A stretch of 64,000 bases of DNA from an uncultured Actinomycetes bacterium (GCA_963841735.1 CAWJDT010000001.1:1664001-1728000), one strand, 5' to 3'; shown: positions 23,273 to 35,140, numbered from the stretch's first letter. A program made the numbers and translations. Notes: a model not told the origin generated them from the letters alone.

Positions 23273-23896
23273 GTGCAGCCCGATAGCTCTCCGCAGCCCC
23301 CGACTCAGAAGGTGCGTATCGCCGCCGTGAAGCGGGATACCCGCGAGACCAGTGTGGCGGTCGAACTGGGTCTGGACGGGTCAGGTACAGCGACCGTCTC
23401 GACCGGTCTGGGCTTCTTCGACCACATGTTGGAGTTGTTCGCCGGGCACGGTCTTTTCGATCTAAGGGTGGAAGCGACCGGCGACCTCAAGACCGGGGGA
23501 CATCACACCGTGGAAGACGTGGGCATCTGCCTGGGCGCGGCGCTGGCCGAGGCGGTGGGCGATAAGCGTGGCATCAGCCGCTACGGCAGCATGTTCACTC
23601 CCATGGACGAGTCGCTTGTCTTGGTCGCGCTGGACTTGAGCGGTCGTCCTTACTTCGCCTACGACGGGGGGCCGATAGGCGAGAACATCGCCGGGTTCGA
23701 CTCCGGCCTGGTCTCGGAATTCCTCAGGGCAGTGGTAAATCACGCACGCATGACCCTGCACGTGCGCGTATTGGCCGGCGGCGACACTCACCACACAATA
23801 GAGGCGGTCTTCAAGGGCTTTGGCAAGGCTCTGCGCCAGGCCGTCTCCCTCGACCCGCGCTCGGGCGCCATCCCCTCGACCAAAGGGGTCTTGTGA
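23273..23896 (+). CDS. hisB: Imidazoleglycerol-phosphate dehydratase
   Basis: FFDHML, HHTVED, PMDE, HHTIEAVFK, PSTKG; GTG 23273 after GGAGGA; own extended -10 TGCTATGCT at 23232-23240. Confidence 0.96.
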   Translation: MQPDSSPQPPTQKVRIAAVKRDTRETSVAVELGLDGSGTATVSTGLGFFDHMLELFAGHGLFDLRVEATGDLKTGGHHTVEDVGICLGAALAEAVGDKRGISRYGSMFTPMDESLVLVALDLSGRPYFAYDGGPIGENIAGFDSGLVSEFLRAVVNHARMTLHVRVLAGGDTHHTIEAVFKGFGKALRQAVSLDPRSGAIPSTKGVL

Positions 23897-24531
23897 TCGG
23901 GTCCCGTTCGCTGTACATCGTGGATTACGGCGCCGGCAACCTGCGCTCGGTCCAGAAGGCGTTTGAGCATGTGGGTGTAGAGGCCGAGATCGGTGCCGAT
24001 CCCCGTGCTATCGAACATGCTCCCGCGCTGGTGCTGCCTGGAGTGGGCGCGTTCGGCGCCGCCATGGCGCAACTGGAGAGCATGGGGCTGGCGGAGCCGC
24101 TGCGCCTGCGCATCGCGGCCGGGGTGCCTTTTCTGGGTGTCTGCCTGGGGCTGCAGGTGCTCTTTGAGGGCAGCGAGGAAGACCCAGGCGCGGCCGGTTT
24201 GGGGGTCATCCGGGGAGACGTGCGCGCTCTACCCGCAACTGTAAAGGTGCCGCATATCGGCTGGAATCAGGCCGAGGAGTGCACGTGCTCCGACCTGTTC
24301 GACGATATCCCGGAGGGCTCCGCTTTCTACTTCGTCCACAGCTACGCCGTTGTGCCCCGTTCTCCCGGTGACGTGCTTACCATGACCGACTACGACGGCG
24401 TCACCTTCGTCTCGGCCATCGAGGTGGACAACGTGGTGGGTGTGCAGTTCCATCCCGAGAAGTCGAGCACCCTGGGACTGCGTTTCTACCGCAACTTCGC
24501 CCGCCGGGCAGGATTGGTTGCCGGCTCATGA
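23893..24531 (+). CDS. hisH: Imidazole glycerol phosphate synthase glutaminase subunit
   Basis: [33 protein letters not shown]. Confidence 0.96.
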   Translation: MIGSRSLYIVDYGAGNLRSVQKAFEHVGVEAEIGADPRAIEHAPALVLPGVGAFGAAMAQLESMGLAEPLRLRIAAGVPFLGVCLGLQVLFEGSEEDPGAAGLGVIRGDVRALPATVKVPHIGWNQAEECTCSDLFDDIPEGSAFYFVHSYAVVPRSPGDVLTMTDYDGVTFVSAIEVDNVVGVQFHPEKSSTLGLRFYRNFARRAGLVAGS

Positions 24532-25293
24532 GACTCCTACCTGCCATCGACATCCGGGGGGGCCGTTGCGTGCGTCTACGCAAGGGTGACTTCGCCGACG
24601 AGACCGTCTTTGGTGACGATCCGGTGGCCATGGCCGAGCGGTGGGTGCAGGAGGGAGCCCGCTACCTGCACGTGGTCGACCTGGACGGCGCGAGAGAGGG
24701 AGAGCAACGGAACTTCACCTTGGTACGCGCCATCGCCGAGGCTGTGTCCATACCGGTGCAGACCGGGGGAGGCATCCGAGCTGAGACGGCTCTGCGGGCC
24801 ATCGCCGAGAGCCGGGTGGCCAAAGCGGTACTGGGGACGAGCGCCGTGGAGGACGAGGCTTTTCTGGAAAGGGCGCTCACCGTCTTGGGGCCGGAGCGCG
24901 TGGTAGTGGCCGTGGATGCCGAAGAAGGCTTTGTAAAGACAAAAGGCTGGCTGGAGCGGAGCGACGTGCGCGTGCTCGATCTGGCTCTGCGGCTCGAAGA
25001 GCTTGGGAGTGCTCGAGGTGCTCTACACCGACATCAGCAAGGACGGCATGATGCAGAGCGTAGATCTCACCGGCATCAGGGAACTGGCCGAATCGAGCGG
25101 ACTACAGATCATCGCCTCAGGCGGGGTGACGAGTCTGGACGATCTGAGGGCCATCGGGGCGCTGGAGCCGCTGGGCGTCACCGGTGTCATCGCCGGCCGG
25201 GCCTTGTACGAGGGGCGTTTCACGGTGGCCGAGGCCTTGGCGGTGCTGGACGCGCCTTTCAGCGCAGCTGCCGGCAGGGAGGACGGTCGCTGA
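24528..25293 (+). CDS. hisA: ProFAR isomerase (frameshift near 25008)
   Basis: [26 protein letters not shown]; continues in ORF 25003 with TDISKDG and ASGGV. Confidence 0.93.
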
Positions 25294-26063
25294 TGTTGCT
25301 CAAGCGCATCATCCCCTGTTTGGACGTGGACCAGGGCCGGGTGGTCAAAGGCACCAACTTCGTCGACATCCGCGATGCCGGCGACCCGATAGAGTTGGCG
25401 GCCCGCTACGACCGCGAAGGGGCCGACGAGGTGGTGTTTCTCGACATCACCGCATCACACGAGAAGCGCGACACCATAGTCGAGCTGGCCCGGCATTGCG
25501 CCGAGGAGCTCTTCATACCGTTCACCATCGGCGGCGGAATCCGCAGTGAGGACGACGTCCGCGCCCTGCTGGCGGCGGGCGCCGACAAGGTCTCGCTGAA
25601 CTCGGCGGCCATCAAAGACCCGGATCTGATTTCCGCGTGCGCCCGCCGGTTCGGCTCCCAGTGTGTGGTCATCGCCATAGACGCGAAGCGGACGGCAGGG
25701 GTGGGGACGGAGCCGCGCTGGGAGGCGTACCTCAACGGCGGCCGCATCGCCACGGGCCTGGACGCAGTGGAGTGGGCGGCCCGGGTGGTGGCTCTGGGGG
25801 CCGGCGAGATCCTGCTCACCTCCATGGACCGGGACGGCACCAAGGACGGGTACGACCTGGAATTGACCTCTGCCGTGGCCGCCGCGGTCAACGTGCCGGT
25901 CATCGCCAGTGGCGGAGCGGGGACACTCGATCACCTGGTGGAAGTGGTGCAACGGGGCGGGGCCGACGCCGTTTTGGCGGCATCGATCTTCCACTTCGGC
26001 GAGTACTCCATCCGGCAGGCCAAGGAGCACATGGAGGCGGCGGGGATACCTGTGCGTCTCTGA
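25293..26063 (+). CDS. hisF: Imidazole glycerol phosphate synthase cyclase subunit
   Basis: [12 protein letters not shown]...[36 protein letters not shown]; ATG overlaps the hisA TGA. Confidence 0.96.
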   Translation: MLLKRIIPCLDVDQGRVVKGTNFVDIRDAGDPIELAARYDREGADEVVFLDITASHEKRDTIVELARHCAEELFIPFTIGGGIRSEDDVRALLAAGADKVSLNSAAIKDPDLISACARRFGSQCVVIAIDAKRTAGVGTEPRWEAYLNGGRIATGLDAVEWAARVVALGAGEILLTSMDRDGTKDGYDLELTSAVAAAVNVPVIASGGAGTLDHLVEVVQRGGADAVLAASIFHFGEYSIRQAKEHMEAAGIPVRL

Positions 26064-26118
26064 CCTAGACTGGGGTGTGGGCAGGAACAGCGGCCTGTCT
26101 GGTAGAATAAGGTCCTGC

Positions 26119-27323
26119 ATGAGGTTCATTGAGACATCAGAAGTGCGCACGTGGCGCTTTTGTATACGGACATCTCTTGATTATCGCGGCGGTTGTGGCG
26201 CTCGTGTTGTTTGCCGCCCTGCCCCTCTTCTCCCCGGCCGAAGGCGCCACCCTAAGGGACCAACTGGCTCTAAAGCAGGCAGCTCTGGACGATGCCTACG
26301 CTGAACTTGACTCCTTCCAGGAGGAGTTGGACCAGTTGGCCGAGGAGCACACTACGGGTGAGATCCGCCTTGACGCCATCATGTCCGACATCAATGACGT
26401 GGAGAACGAGATCGCCCTCTCCCAGAGGGATATGAAGATAGCCCAGGCTCAACTGGAGGACCGACTGGTCGGTCTCTACAAGGACGGGTACTCCGCGGCC
26501 TCCTCTCAGCTATCTCGAGATCCTCTTTGACGGAGGCGACATCGTTTCTGTGATGGAACGGTTCTCCCTGGTCAGCAGGATGGCCGACCAGGACCAGGAT
26601 CTCTTCGATACGGTCAAGAGCTACCTGGAGAAGTCTCAGGAAGACCAGGCGCTCCTGGAGGAGAAGAAGGCGGAGCAGACCGCCCAGCTACAGGAGATCG
26701 GGGCGTTGCAGCAGGATGCCAGCGACAAGTTCTCGGAGTCGGCCGCCCAGTATCAGCGGGTCACGCGGCAGATCAGCGCCTCGAAGGAAGAGATCCGCAA
26801 GGCCGACGCGGCGGCCGCCAAGGCCGCGGCCGAGAAACGGGCCCGCGAGCTGGCCGCGAAGTGTCGCAGCGAAGAAGAACAACAGCAGCGGCGGCGGCTC
26901 GGTCATGCCCTGGTCGTTCGTCTTCCCGGTCAAGGGGGCGTGCAGCTTCATCGATAGCTGGGGCGCTTGGCGCTCCGGCGGGCGCACGCACAAGGGCACC
27001 GACGTCATGGCGGCCCAGGGGACTCCGCTGGTGGCGTGCGTCATCCGGCACCATCTCGAGCGCCAGCTTCTCCGACTCGGGGCTGGGAGGCATCAGCCTC
27101 CATCTGCGGGGCTCCCACAACGACGTTTGGTACTACGCCCACCTCGTGCAGTATCGCCGATGGCATCAAGCCGGGCGTGTCGGTGAGCGCCGGCCAGGTC
27201 ATCGGCTACGTAGGTGACACGGGCAATGCCAAGGGCGGCGCCTATCATCTGCACTTCGGACTCACCTTGAACGGCTCCGCCATCAACCCATACTCGACCC
27301 TCAGGTCGGCTTCGGGGACGTAG
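26119..27323 (+). CDS. Secreted coiled-coil M23 peptidase, copy 1 (several frameshifts)
   Basis: Signal peptide, long coiled coil, HKGTD, YYAHL and YHLHF across ORFs 26129, 26550, 26716, 26861 and 26967. Confidence 0.8.
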
Positions 27324-27410
27324 TCCCCGCCGGGAGCCCGGGCCCCAGGCGGCGGTCATTCCGCTTGCACTGGCTTTGGCGCTGACTCGTCTGCTAGAAT
27401 CAGACTCCCT

Positions 27411-28615
27411 ATGGGCCTATTCGGTACATCGGAAGCGCGCACAAGGCGCATCTGGGGGTGGGTCACCCCGGTATTCGCGGCGACTCTGCTGCTTGTGTTG
27501 TCTTGCCGCCCTGCCCCTCTTCTCCCCCGCCGAAGGCGCCACCCTCAAGCAGCAACTGGCGCTCAAGCAGAGCGCGCTCAACAAAGCGTACGCTCAACTG
27601 GACGCGCTCCAGGACGAATTGGACGGTCTGGCCGAGCAGTACAACGCTGCCGAGGTGAAGCTGGCCGGCATCGACGCCGGCATCAACGACGTGCAGAACG
27701 AGGTCGCCCGGTCTGAGAGGGACAAGGAACATCGCCCAGGCTCAATTGGAGGAGAGGTTGGTCGGCCTGTACAAGGACGGCTACTCCAACGAGTCCTCGC
27801 GCTACCTGGAAGTGCTGTTCGCCGAGACCGATATTGTCGCAGTGCTCGATCGCTTCGACATGATGAGCAAGATCGCCGACCAGGACCAGGAACTCTTCAC
27901 CCAAGTAGCCCAGTATCTGGACGAATCCAAGGTGAACGAGACCACTCTGCAGCAGAAGAGGCAGGAGCAGACGGACCAGTTGGCGCAACTCGGCACTCTG
28001 CAGGAGCAGATGAACGAGAGGATCTCGGAGTCGGCCGGGCAATACAAGCGGCTCAAGAGTCAAGTGATCGCCTTGAAAGAAGAGATACGCAAGGCCGACG
28101 CCGCGGCAGCTGCCGCGGCGGAGGCGGCGCGCGCTAGGGCCCGGGCGGCCGCCGCAGCAGCCAAGAAGCCTTCGGGCGGTAGCAGCGGTGGCGGCGGCGG
28201 TGCAGTGCAGCCCGGCGCCTTCGTCTTTCCAGTCGCCGGACCACACAGTTACATCAACTCCTGGGGAGCACCCCGTTCGGGCGGGCGCTCTCACCAGGGC
28301 TGCGACATCATGGCGGCCAGGGGCACTCCCTTGGTGGCGTGTGTCAGCGGCATCATCAGCAGTACTTCGTGGAACCAGTCGTTGGGGGGCGTGACCATCC
28401 ATCTGAAAGCAAACGGCACCACCTACTACTACGCGCACCTGGACAGCATCGCCGGAGGCATCAGGGGCGGTGTGTCGGTGTCCGCCGGCCAAGTGATAGG
28501 CTATGTGGGCAACAGCGGAAACGCTTCCGGTGGCGCCTGTCACCTCCACTTTGAGATCCGGCCGGGAGGGTCACCTGTCAATCCCTACGCGACCCTCCGC
28601 GCTGCCGACGGGTAG
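27411..28615 (+). CDS. Secreted coiled-coil M23 peptidase, copy 2 (frameshifts)
   Basis: Paralog of copy 1 (shared [19 protein letters not shown]); HQGCD, YYAHL, HLHFE. Confidence 0.85.
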
Positions 28616-28770
28616 CGCCCCCGAGGGTGGTCTCGGTTGCGACCACGCGTGTATCCCGGTAGCCGATTCTCGGGAGTCTCAGGAAGTCACATCAGGGCCT
28701 GTGCGGGCGCGGTGGATCATGTCATCTACTGCCCCTACCGGGCGGTAGCGAATCGTAAGGAGTGAGGGGA

Positions 28771-30849
28771 ATGAGATCAGGCAAGAGGGAGCTGGTGGCT
28801 ATCATCGCGGTCGTCCTGGCGATGGTCACGCTGGCGGCGATGGCCGCGGTGTTGGCGGGCTGCGGCAAAGATGCAGAAGAGCCGGCTACGACCACGACGG
28901 TATCCGCCGTGACCGTGACGACCACTCCGGGCAAGACCGTCGCCGCGGGGGAGACCTGGGAAATCGCGGAGACCACAAGCCTGACCTCCCTCACCGTGGC
29001 CGAGGGCGCGATCATATCCGCCCCCGAGGGCAAGTCCGTGACCCTCACCGTTGACGGGGTGGAGACCGGGCAGGTGTTGGCCTCCACCGACGGATACGAC
29101 CTTGTGTTTGTGCCGGCCACTTACGCCGGCGATGTGGTGCTCACTGTTACCGATGCCAACCCGGTGGAGTACGTGGCGGCGGGATCAGACTCGACGCCCA
29201 TCGTGTCGCTCTTCCGCCAGGCGATCTGCGTAGATTCCAGCGGCTTCGTGGCGGCCAAGTCGGTCGTCGCGGCGGTCATTGGCGGTCAGCCGTCCGCGGA
29301 CATGGCCGAGGGGCTGGAGATCACCTCAACCGGCGATTGTTTCAACGCGGTCTATGCGGCCGGCAGCTACACCCTGGAGGATGTGGATATCGATCTCACC
29401 GGCAATGCCCGTAGCGACTTCTCCGGCTACGGCGCGGCCATAGTGGCCACGGGACAGGGCACCAGGCTGGTTGTCGACGGATCGCAGATCCGCACCCAAG
29501 GCGTGGCCAGGGCCGCCGTGGTTGTGACCAACGGCGCGGATGTAGTCGTCAAGAACTCGGACATACAGACCAGCAGCGGCGAGTTGCCCGTTGGCTATCA
29601 GCCCACCGTCGATACTGCAATGATGCGGTCCGCGCCCTGGATGCTGGGTCTGTCCGGCAACGTTCGCGCGACTAACCTGCTGGGCGCCGGCAGCACAGCG
29701 AGCTACATCAACTCGAGCATCTCTTCCGACGGTTGGGGAGCGCTCTCCACCGACAGCTGTACCAGCCCGATTCTCACGGCCATCGACTGCGCCATCTCCG
29801 TCACCGGTGAGGATGGATATGGCTCGTACGGCATCGGCGATGCCACCGAGTATCTCCTTGGCTGCGAGATGAACGTCGCCTCCTATGCGACCATCAGCCG
29901 AGGTAGCTTTCTGTTCTATGGCGACAGCACGCCAGAGAAGGTGGCGCAGCTTAACCAGGACCTGGGTCTGGGCTTGACCGAAGAGGAATTGGCCGCTATC
30001 CCGAACCTGCCCACCACGGTCGAGTCCCAGCGCTTCGGCATCATGTGGCACGGCGGCGGCACTCTGGACGTCAGTGGCGGCACGGTGTTCAACACCAAAG
30101 AGACCACCTTCCTCGACAAAGGCCAGGCCATCAAGATCACGGTAGATGGTACTGAGGGCGCCCAGCTCAACCCCGAGAACGGGGTGATCATGCAGTTGAT
30201 GGACGACGACGATGCCGGTCCGGATGTCACCACCATGTTCAACACGGGCGTCTATAACGAACCCACGACACCGGCTGAGCTGGATACCACGCACGATCTG
30301 GGCCGGGTGGGAGACACCGATGCCCAAGCTACATTTGCCAACATCACGTTGACGGGCGACTTCTACAACTCCACTCGCGGCGGCGCGCCCGCTTCCGCGG
30401 GCGCGCCCACCGGCGCTGCTCCCGTATTGCCCGCTGGCGGCACGACTTTGCCCGTGGTTGATACCACCGCGCTTGCGGGCGGGACCACCGCCTCGACCAG
30501 CACCTCCATGAATCTATGTCTCACCTTCGACAGCTCCCATATCACCGGGATCATCTCGGCCTGCACCGCGAGGCACGCCAAGACCACCATAACCGCGGCC
30601 GACTACAAGCTGCTGGGCACTGTCACCAATACACCCGCTCCGGCCGTCAACAACGGCGTGGTTGTCGTGCTCATGAACAACGCCAACTGGACGGTGACCG
30701 GCGATTCCTACGTCAGCAGCCTCACCATTGGTGAGGGCTGCGCGGTGTCTGCCGCATCGGGCAAGACCCTTGTCATGACGGTCAATGGGGTGGAAACGCC
30801 CATCGCACCGGGGGTCTACACCGGCAACATCGCACTGGCGGTGAAGTAG
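28771..30849 (+). CDS. Large Thr/Ser/Gly-rich lipoprotein, beta-rich
   Basis: Lipobox LAGC after a hydrophobic stretch; related modules at both termini (W..T.T...SLT..EG...SA..GK....TV.GVET). Confidence 0.75.
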   Translation: MRSGKRELVAIIAVVLAMVTLAAMAAVLAGCGKDAEEPATTTTVSAVTVTTTPGKTVAAGETWEIAETTSLTSLTVAEGAIISAPEGKSVTLTVDGVETGQVLASTDGYDLVFVPATYAGDVVLTVTDANPVEYVAAGSDSTPIVSLFRQAICVDSSGFVAAKSVVAAVIGGQPSADMAEGLEITSTGDCFNAVYAAGSYTLEDVDIDLTGNARSDFSGYGAAIVATGQGTRLVVDGSQIRTQGVARAAVVVTNGADVVVKNSDIQTSSGELPVGYQPTVDTAMMRSAPWMLGLSGNVRATNLLGAGSTASYINSSISSDGWGALSTDSCTSPILTAIDCAISVTGEDGYGSYGIGDATEYLLGCEMNVASYATISRGSFLFYGDSTPEKVAQLNQDLGLGLTEEELAAIPNLPTTVESQRFGIMWHGGGTLDVSGGTVFNTKETTFLDKGQAIKITVDGTEGAQLNPENGVIMQLMDDDDAGPDVTTMFNTGVYNEPTTPAELDTTHDLGRVGDTDAQATFANITLTGDFYNSTRGGAPASAGAPTGAAPVLPAGGTTLPVVDTTALAGGTTASTSTSMNLCLTFDSSHITGIISACTARHAKTTITAADYKLLGTVTNTPAPAVNNGVVVVLMNNANWTVTGDSYVSSLTIGEGCAVSAASGKTLVMTVNGVETPIAPGVYTGNIALAVK

Positions 30850-30977
30850 GGCTCACAGGAAGCGGGGCCGCTCCGGTGCCACCGGGAGCTCCATTATCTT
30901 GGCCGCCCGGTGATCGGGAGGGTACTCGCACGCTCGCACGGCGATGGGATAATGGGGGCAGCGCACAAGGAGGTGGC

Positions 30978-31964
30978 ATGAAGACGTCCCTGGTGGACAG
31001 GGGTGCGGTGGAGCGCCTGCTGCTGTTAGTCGGGGCTCTCGATTCGGGTCTGATCGATGCGCTTGTCGGCGGTCACGCGCTCACGGCGGCAGGGGTCTCG
31101 CGATCGGCCTCGCTCGATGCCCGGGCTACCGGCGTGATTCTGGAGGCTTTGGCGGCCATAGGGGTGGTGGACAGGCTCCCGGCGGCTCCGATGGACGCGC
31201 CTGGCGAGAGTGAGGCTCTGTACCGGCTTTCGTCGCTGGGCAGGGCTCATCTGGTCGACGAAGGGCCGGAGTTTGAGAGAGCGGGGCTACTGCACCAGGT
31301 CAACAAGATGCGCGGGTGGCTTGAGTTGCCTGCGGTGATCCGTAGTGGAGAGCCTTCACCTCGAGGCATGGCACGCCACGACGTGCGCAGTCGCACGCTG
31401 GCCATGGGAGAGAGGGACCCCGCGGCGCTGGACGAGATCGTAGAGCGTTGTTTTGCTTACGCTGGGACCGTGCGTACCATGGTCGACGTGGGTGGGGCCG
31501 CGGGCCACGTGGCCCGCCGGTTCGGGCTGCTTGGGGCCGAGGCCACGCTGTTCGATCGGGAGGAAGTGATCGCGGTGGCCAGGGAGGCCCTGGGTCGCGA
31601 CGCCGGCGGCATGACGCTGCTCGCAGGCGACTACACGGAGGCGCTGCCGGCGGGGCCGTTCGACTTGGTGTACTTTGGCAACGTCTACTACGTGTACAGC
31701 CGGGAGACTAACCAGCGGGTTACGCGCGATGCCTTCGCCATCGCCACCCCCGGGGGGACGGTGGCTATCCAAGGGTACCTACGGGGCAGGAGTACCGAGG
31801 CGGCTCTGTTTGCGGTCAACATGCTGCGTTCCGCTAGGGATGGCGAGGTGTGGAGTGAGGCCGACTACCGCGAGTGGCTGGAGGGGGCAGGCTTCGCGGA
31901 CGTCATGGTGATCGATCTGGAGATGGCGCGCTCGTCTCTCATACTGGCGCGGCGTCCGCGATAG
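30978..31964 (+). CDS. SAM-dependent O-methyltransferase (Methyltransf_2-like)
   Basis: N-terminal winged-helix dimerisation region; VDVGGAAG, AGDY, FDLV; RBS GGAGG. Confidence 0.85.
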   Translation: MKTSLVDRGAVERLLLLVGALDSGLIDALVGGHALTAAGVSRSASLDARATGVILEALAAIGVVDRLPAAPMDAPGESEALYRLSSLGRAHLVDEGPEFERAGLLHQVNKMRGWLELPAVIRSGEPSPRGMARHDVRSRTLAMGERDPAALDEIVERCFAYAGTVRTMVDVGGAAGHVARRFGLLGAEATLFDREEVIAVAREALGRDAGGMTLLAGDYTEALPAGPFDLVYFGNVYYVYSRETNQRVTRDAFAIATPGGTVAIQGYLRGRSTEAALFAVNMLRSARDGEVWSEADYREWLEGAGFADVMVIDLEMARSSLILARRPR

Positions 31965-32096
31965 GTGATGGAGCAGGTTTACGTCGGGCGGGTTGCGGGC
32001 AGGTCAGAGAAGACCCAACGGCGGCTTGACCCGTCTTGCTCCTGCGATGTGCAGGAGCAAGAAGATGAGGCGGGTCCTCAGAACTAGGAGTGTCAA

Positions 32097-33309
32097 TTGG
32101 AACGATACCGAGCTGAATGACGATATCTGGTGGGTCGGGGCCATCGACTGGGACTCGCGTGATTTCCACGGGTACGAGACAGCGCGGGGCACCAGCTACA
32201 ACGCCTACCTCATCTTGGACGAGAAGGTCGCCTTGGTCGACGGATGCCGCGAGGGCTTCGGACCGCAGGTGTTGAGCGCGTGCAGGGCTGCTGCGGGGGG
32301 CGCCCGGTCGACTACATGATCATCAACCACATCGAGCCCGACCATTCGGGCGCCATCCCCTGGTTGGTGGAGAGGTTGACCCCGGCGAAGATCTTCTGCT
32401 CCAAGCGGGCCAAGGACGCGCTTCTGCTCTACTACGGAGCTGAGCTGGTGGAGGGGTGGGACCTGCAGATCGTGGGCACCGGCGACGAGGTGTCTCTGGG
32501 CCGCAACACCCTGCAGTTCATCGAGGCGCCCATGCTGCACTGGCCCGACAGCATGTTCACCTACGTTAGAGAAGCCAAGACTCTGCTGCCCAACGACGCT
32601 TTCGGGCAGCACCTGGCCTCGTCTAAGCGGTTCGCCCACGAACTGGACATGAACGTGGTCATGCAAGAGGCGAGCACGTACTACGCCAACATCCTCATGC
32701 CCTTCGGGGGCCAGATCCAGAAGATGCTGGCCAAGATCCAGGAGATGGGACTGGAGATCGAGGCCATCGGTCCCAGCCACGGCGTCATCTGGAAGGGTGC
32801 CCGAGGACGTAGCCCGCATCATCGAGGCATATCAGCGCTGGAGCGGAGGCCAGGCCGCCGAGCGGGTGGCGCTGATCTACGACACCATGTGGCACTCCAC
32901 AGAGAAGATGACTATGGCCATCGCCGACGGGGTGGCTCAGGAGGGGGTGGAGTGCAGGGTACTAAGACTCAGCGCGACTCCCCGTTCGGAGGCGGTCACC
33001 CAGGTGCTGGAATCGCGTGCCTTTCTGGTCGGCACTCCCACTCTGAACAACCAGATGTTCCCGACGGTGGGGGGCTTTCTCACTTACCTAAGGGGGCTAC
33101 GTCCCACGGGGCGCCTGACCGGGGCCTACGGCTCCTGCGGATGGTCCGGGGGAGGAGTGAGGTCGCTCGACGAGGAGTTGCGGGGCATGGGGCTTGAGAC
33201 GCTGGATGCTCTCGAGGTCAAGTACATGCCCAGCGCGGTCGACCTGGAGGCGTGCGCGGAGCTAGGACGGCAGGTGGCCCGCAGGGTCAAGGCGGCGGGA
33301 GGAGGGTAG
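32097..33309 (+). CDS. fprA: Flavodiiron protein (FprA family; frameshifts)
   Basis: FHGY...GTSYNAYL, NHIEPDHSG, HWPDSM, NDAFGQH, PSHG; flavodoxin domain YDTMWHSTE, GTPTLN, GSCGWSG. Confidence 0.9.
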
Positions 33310-33313
33310 ACCG

Positions 33314-33902
33314 ATGGCCATGACGGTTCTGGGACTGGCCGGGAGCGCCCGGCGCGGAGGCAACACCGAGACTCTGCTCGACTGGTGCCTGGGCGCCGCT
33401 CGGGAAGAGGGCGCCACGGTGGTCAAGTTCAGCCTGTGCGATCTCGCCATTCGCGGGTGTCAAGGCTTGCGACGCCTGCTTCAAGGACGGGGTCTGTATA
33501 CAGAAGAACGACGACATGCAGCTTCTGTATCCTCACCTGCGCGGTGCCGACTCTATCGTGCTGGCCGCTCCTGTGTACTTCCAGGGAATGCCGGCTGTGC
33601 CCAAGATGGTGATCGACCGATGCCAGCCCTTCTGGGCGCTCAAATACCTCCTGAAACAGCCACTACGCCCGCCCGGTAGCCCCGAGCGTATGGGTGCTTT
33701 CTTGAGCTGCGGGGGCACCAAACCCATGCAGGCTTTTGACGGCAGTCTCAGGATCATGAAGACCCTGTGGCTCACGCTGGAGATCACGCCTGCCGGAAAG
33801 GTCCTCTGCCCGGGCATCGACGCGAAGGGCCAGATCAGGGACGAGCCCGGGGCTCGAGTGGCAGCCGAACAGATCGGCCGCCAACTCGCCCGCGAACGTT
33901 AG
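33314..33902 (+). CDS. NADPH-dependent FMN reductase / iron-sulfur flavoprotein (frameshift near 33465)
   Basis: GSARRGGNT; reconstructed Cx2Cx2Cx5C (CQxCDACFKDGVC); APVYF, KMVIDR. Confidence 0.85.
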
Positions 33903-33917
33903 GCCGAAAGGAATGAG

Positions 33918-34127
33918 TTGAGAGTGCAAGCCGAGGTCAAGACCTGCATAAGCTGTGGCAAGCCACTGGCCGATCGGGTGGAGGAAGAGGAACGCACAGG
34001 CAGCACGGGCAGCCGCTCCACTGGAGAGTGCAGCACCTACAGGGTGTGGTTCTGTGTCAACAGCGACTGCCCCATGTATCACACCGACATGTACCGGGAA
34101 CAGATGGCCGATCGTATCGACAGGTGA
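33918..34127 (+). CDS. Small Cys-rich hypothetical protein
   Basis: CISC...C...CVNSDC; in operon position with an RBS-like GAAAGGA. Confidence 0.55.
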   Translation: MRVQAEVKTCISCGKPLADRVEEEERTGSTGSRSTGECSTYRVWFCVNSDCPMYHTDMYREQMADRIDR

Positions 34128-34165
34128 GTTCCGCTCACGGGGCCTGAACTGAGAGGAGAGAAGGC

Positions 34166-34375
34166 GTGCAGAAGCGATTGCAGCGCTCGCGCAGCGAGAA
34201 GATGATGGCAGGGGTCTGTGGGGGCCTGGGCGAGTATTTTGGCGTGGATCCCACTCTGGTGCGGGTGGTTTTTGCGGCCATAACGGTTCTGGGGGGAGCC
34301 GGGATCCTTCTCTACTTGGTGCTCTGGGTGGTCATGCCTCTGGAGTCACCACCGCCCTATCTGCCAGATAGATAG
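34166..34375 (+). CDS. PspC-domain membrane protein
   Basis: RLQRSRSEKMMAGVCGGLGEYFGVDPTLVR...LYLVLWVVMP. Confidence 0.92.
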   Translation: MQKRLQRSRSEKMMAGVCGGLGEYFGVDPTLVRVVFAAITVLGGAGILLYLVLWVVMPLESPPPYLPDR

Positions 34376-35140
34376 AACCCGCGGGGTAGCTCAAGGCTGT
34401 GCGCGGCAAGCAGCGCTGGGTCGTTCAGGAGGGTTTCACTTGGTCCATCGGCAACGATGCGGCCCTCGTCCAAGATGATCACTCGCTCGCAGAGTTCGTA
34501 GGCCGACGGCAGGTCGTGGGTGGCGATGATCTTGGTGACAGGTAGTGCGAGCAGGATATCGGCCACGTTTCGGTGGGCTCTCGGATCCAGGTTGGACAAG
34601 GGCTCGTCGAGCACGAGTAGCGAAGGACGCATGGCAAGTACGGTGGCCACGGCGACGCGCTTCTTCTGGCCGAACGAGAGGTGGTGGGCGGCGCGGTGAC
34701 CGGACCCCTCCATGCCCACCGCGGCCAGCGCTTCTTGCACCCGCACGGCGATATCGTCCTTGTCGAGGCCCAGGTTGCCCGGCCCGAAAGCCACATCCTG
34801 GGCGACACTGGTCAAGAAGAGCTGATCCTCTGGGTCCTGGAAGACGACGCCCACCCTGCGCCGGATCTCCCGCAGATTCTTGTTGTCGACTGCAAGTCCA
34901 AAGATGACGGAGTTCTCCCGTGCCTTTGAGTATGCCGTTGAGGTGGAGCAGGAGGGTGCTCTTGCCGGCTCCGTTTGGTCCGATGAGTGCTACCGACTCT
35001 CCCTGGCTCACGGTTAGATTGATCCCACGCAGGACGGGTGTGCCGTCTGGGTAGGAGAAGCGCAGATCGTTGGCCTCAATGGCCGGCGGCGGAGTAGCGG
35101 AAGGCAGGGGCTCAATAGGGGTTGGCGACCCAGCCTTCAT
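34357..35140 (-). CDS. cbiO: ECF Ni/Co transporter ATPase (CbiO/NikO; frameshift near 34900)
   Basis: [32 protein letters not shown]. Confidence 0.88.

Noticed and set aside
24528-26063. Apparent HisA-HisF fusion (511-aa ORF)
   Set aside because: It results from one frameshift near 25008. The real HisA C-terminus is in ORF 25003-25293 and hisF has its own ATG.
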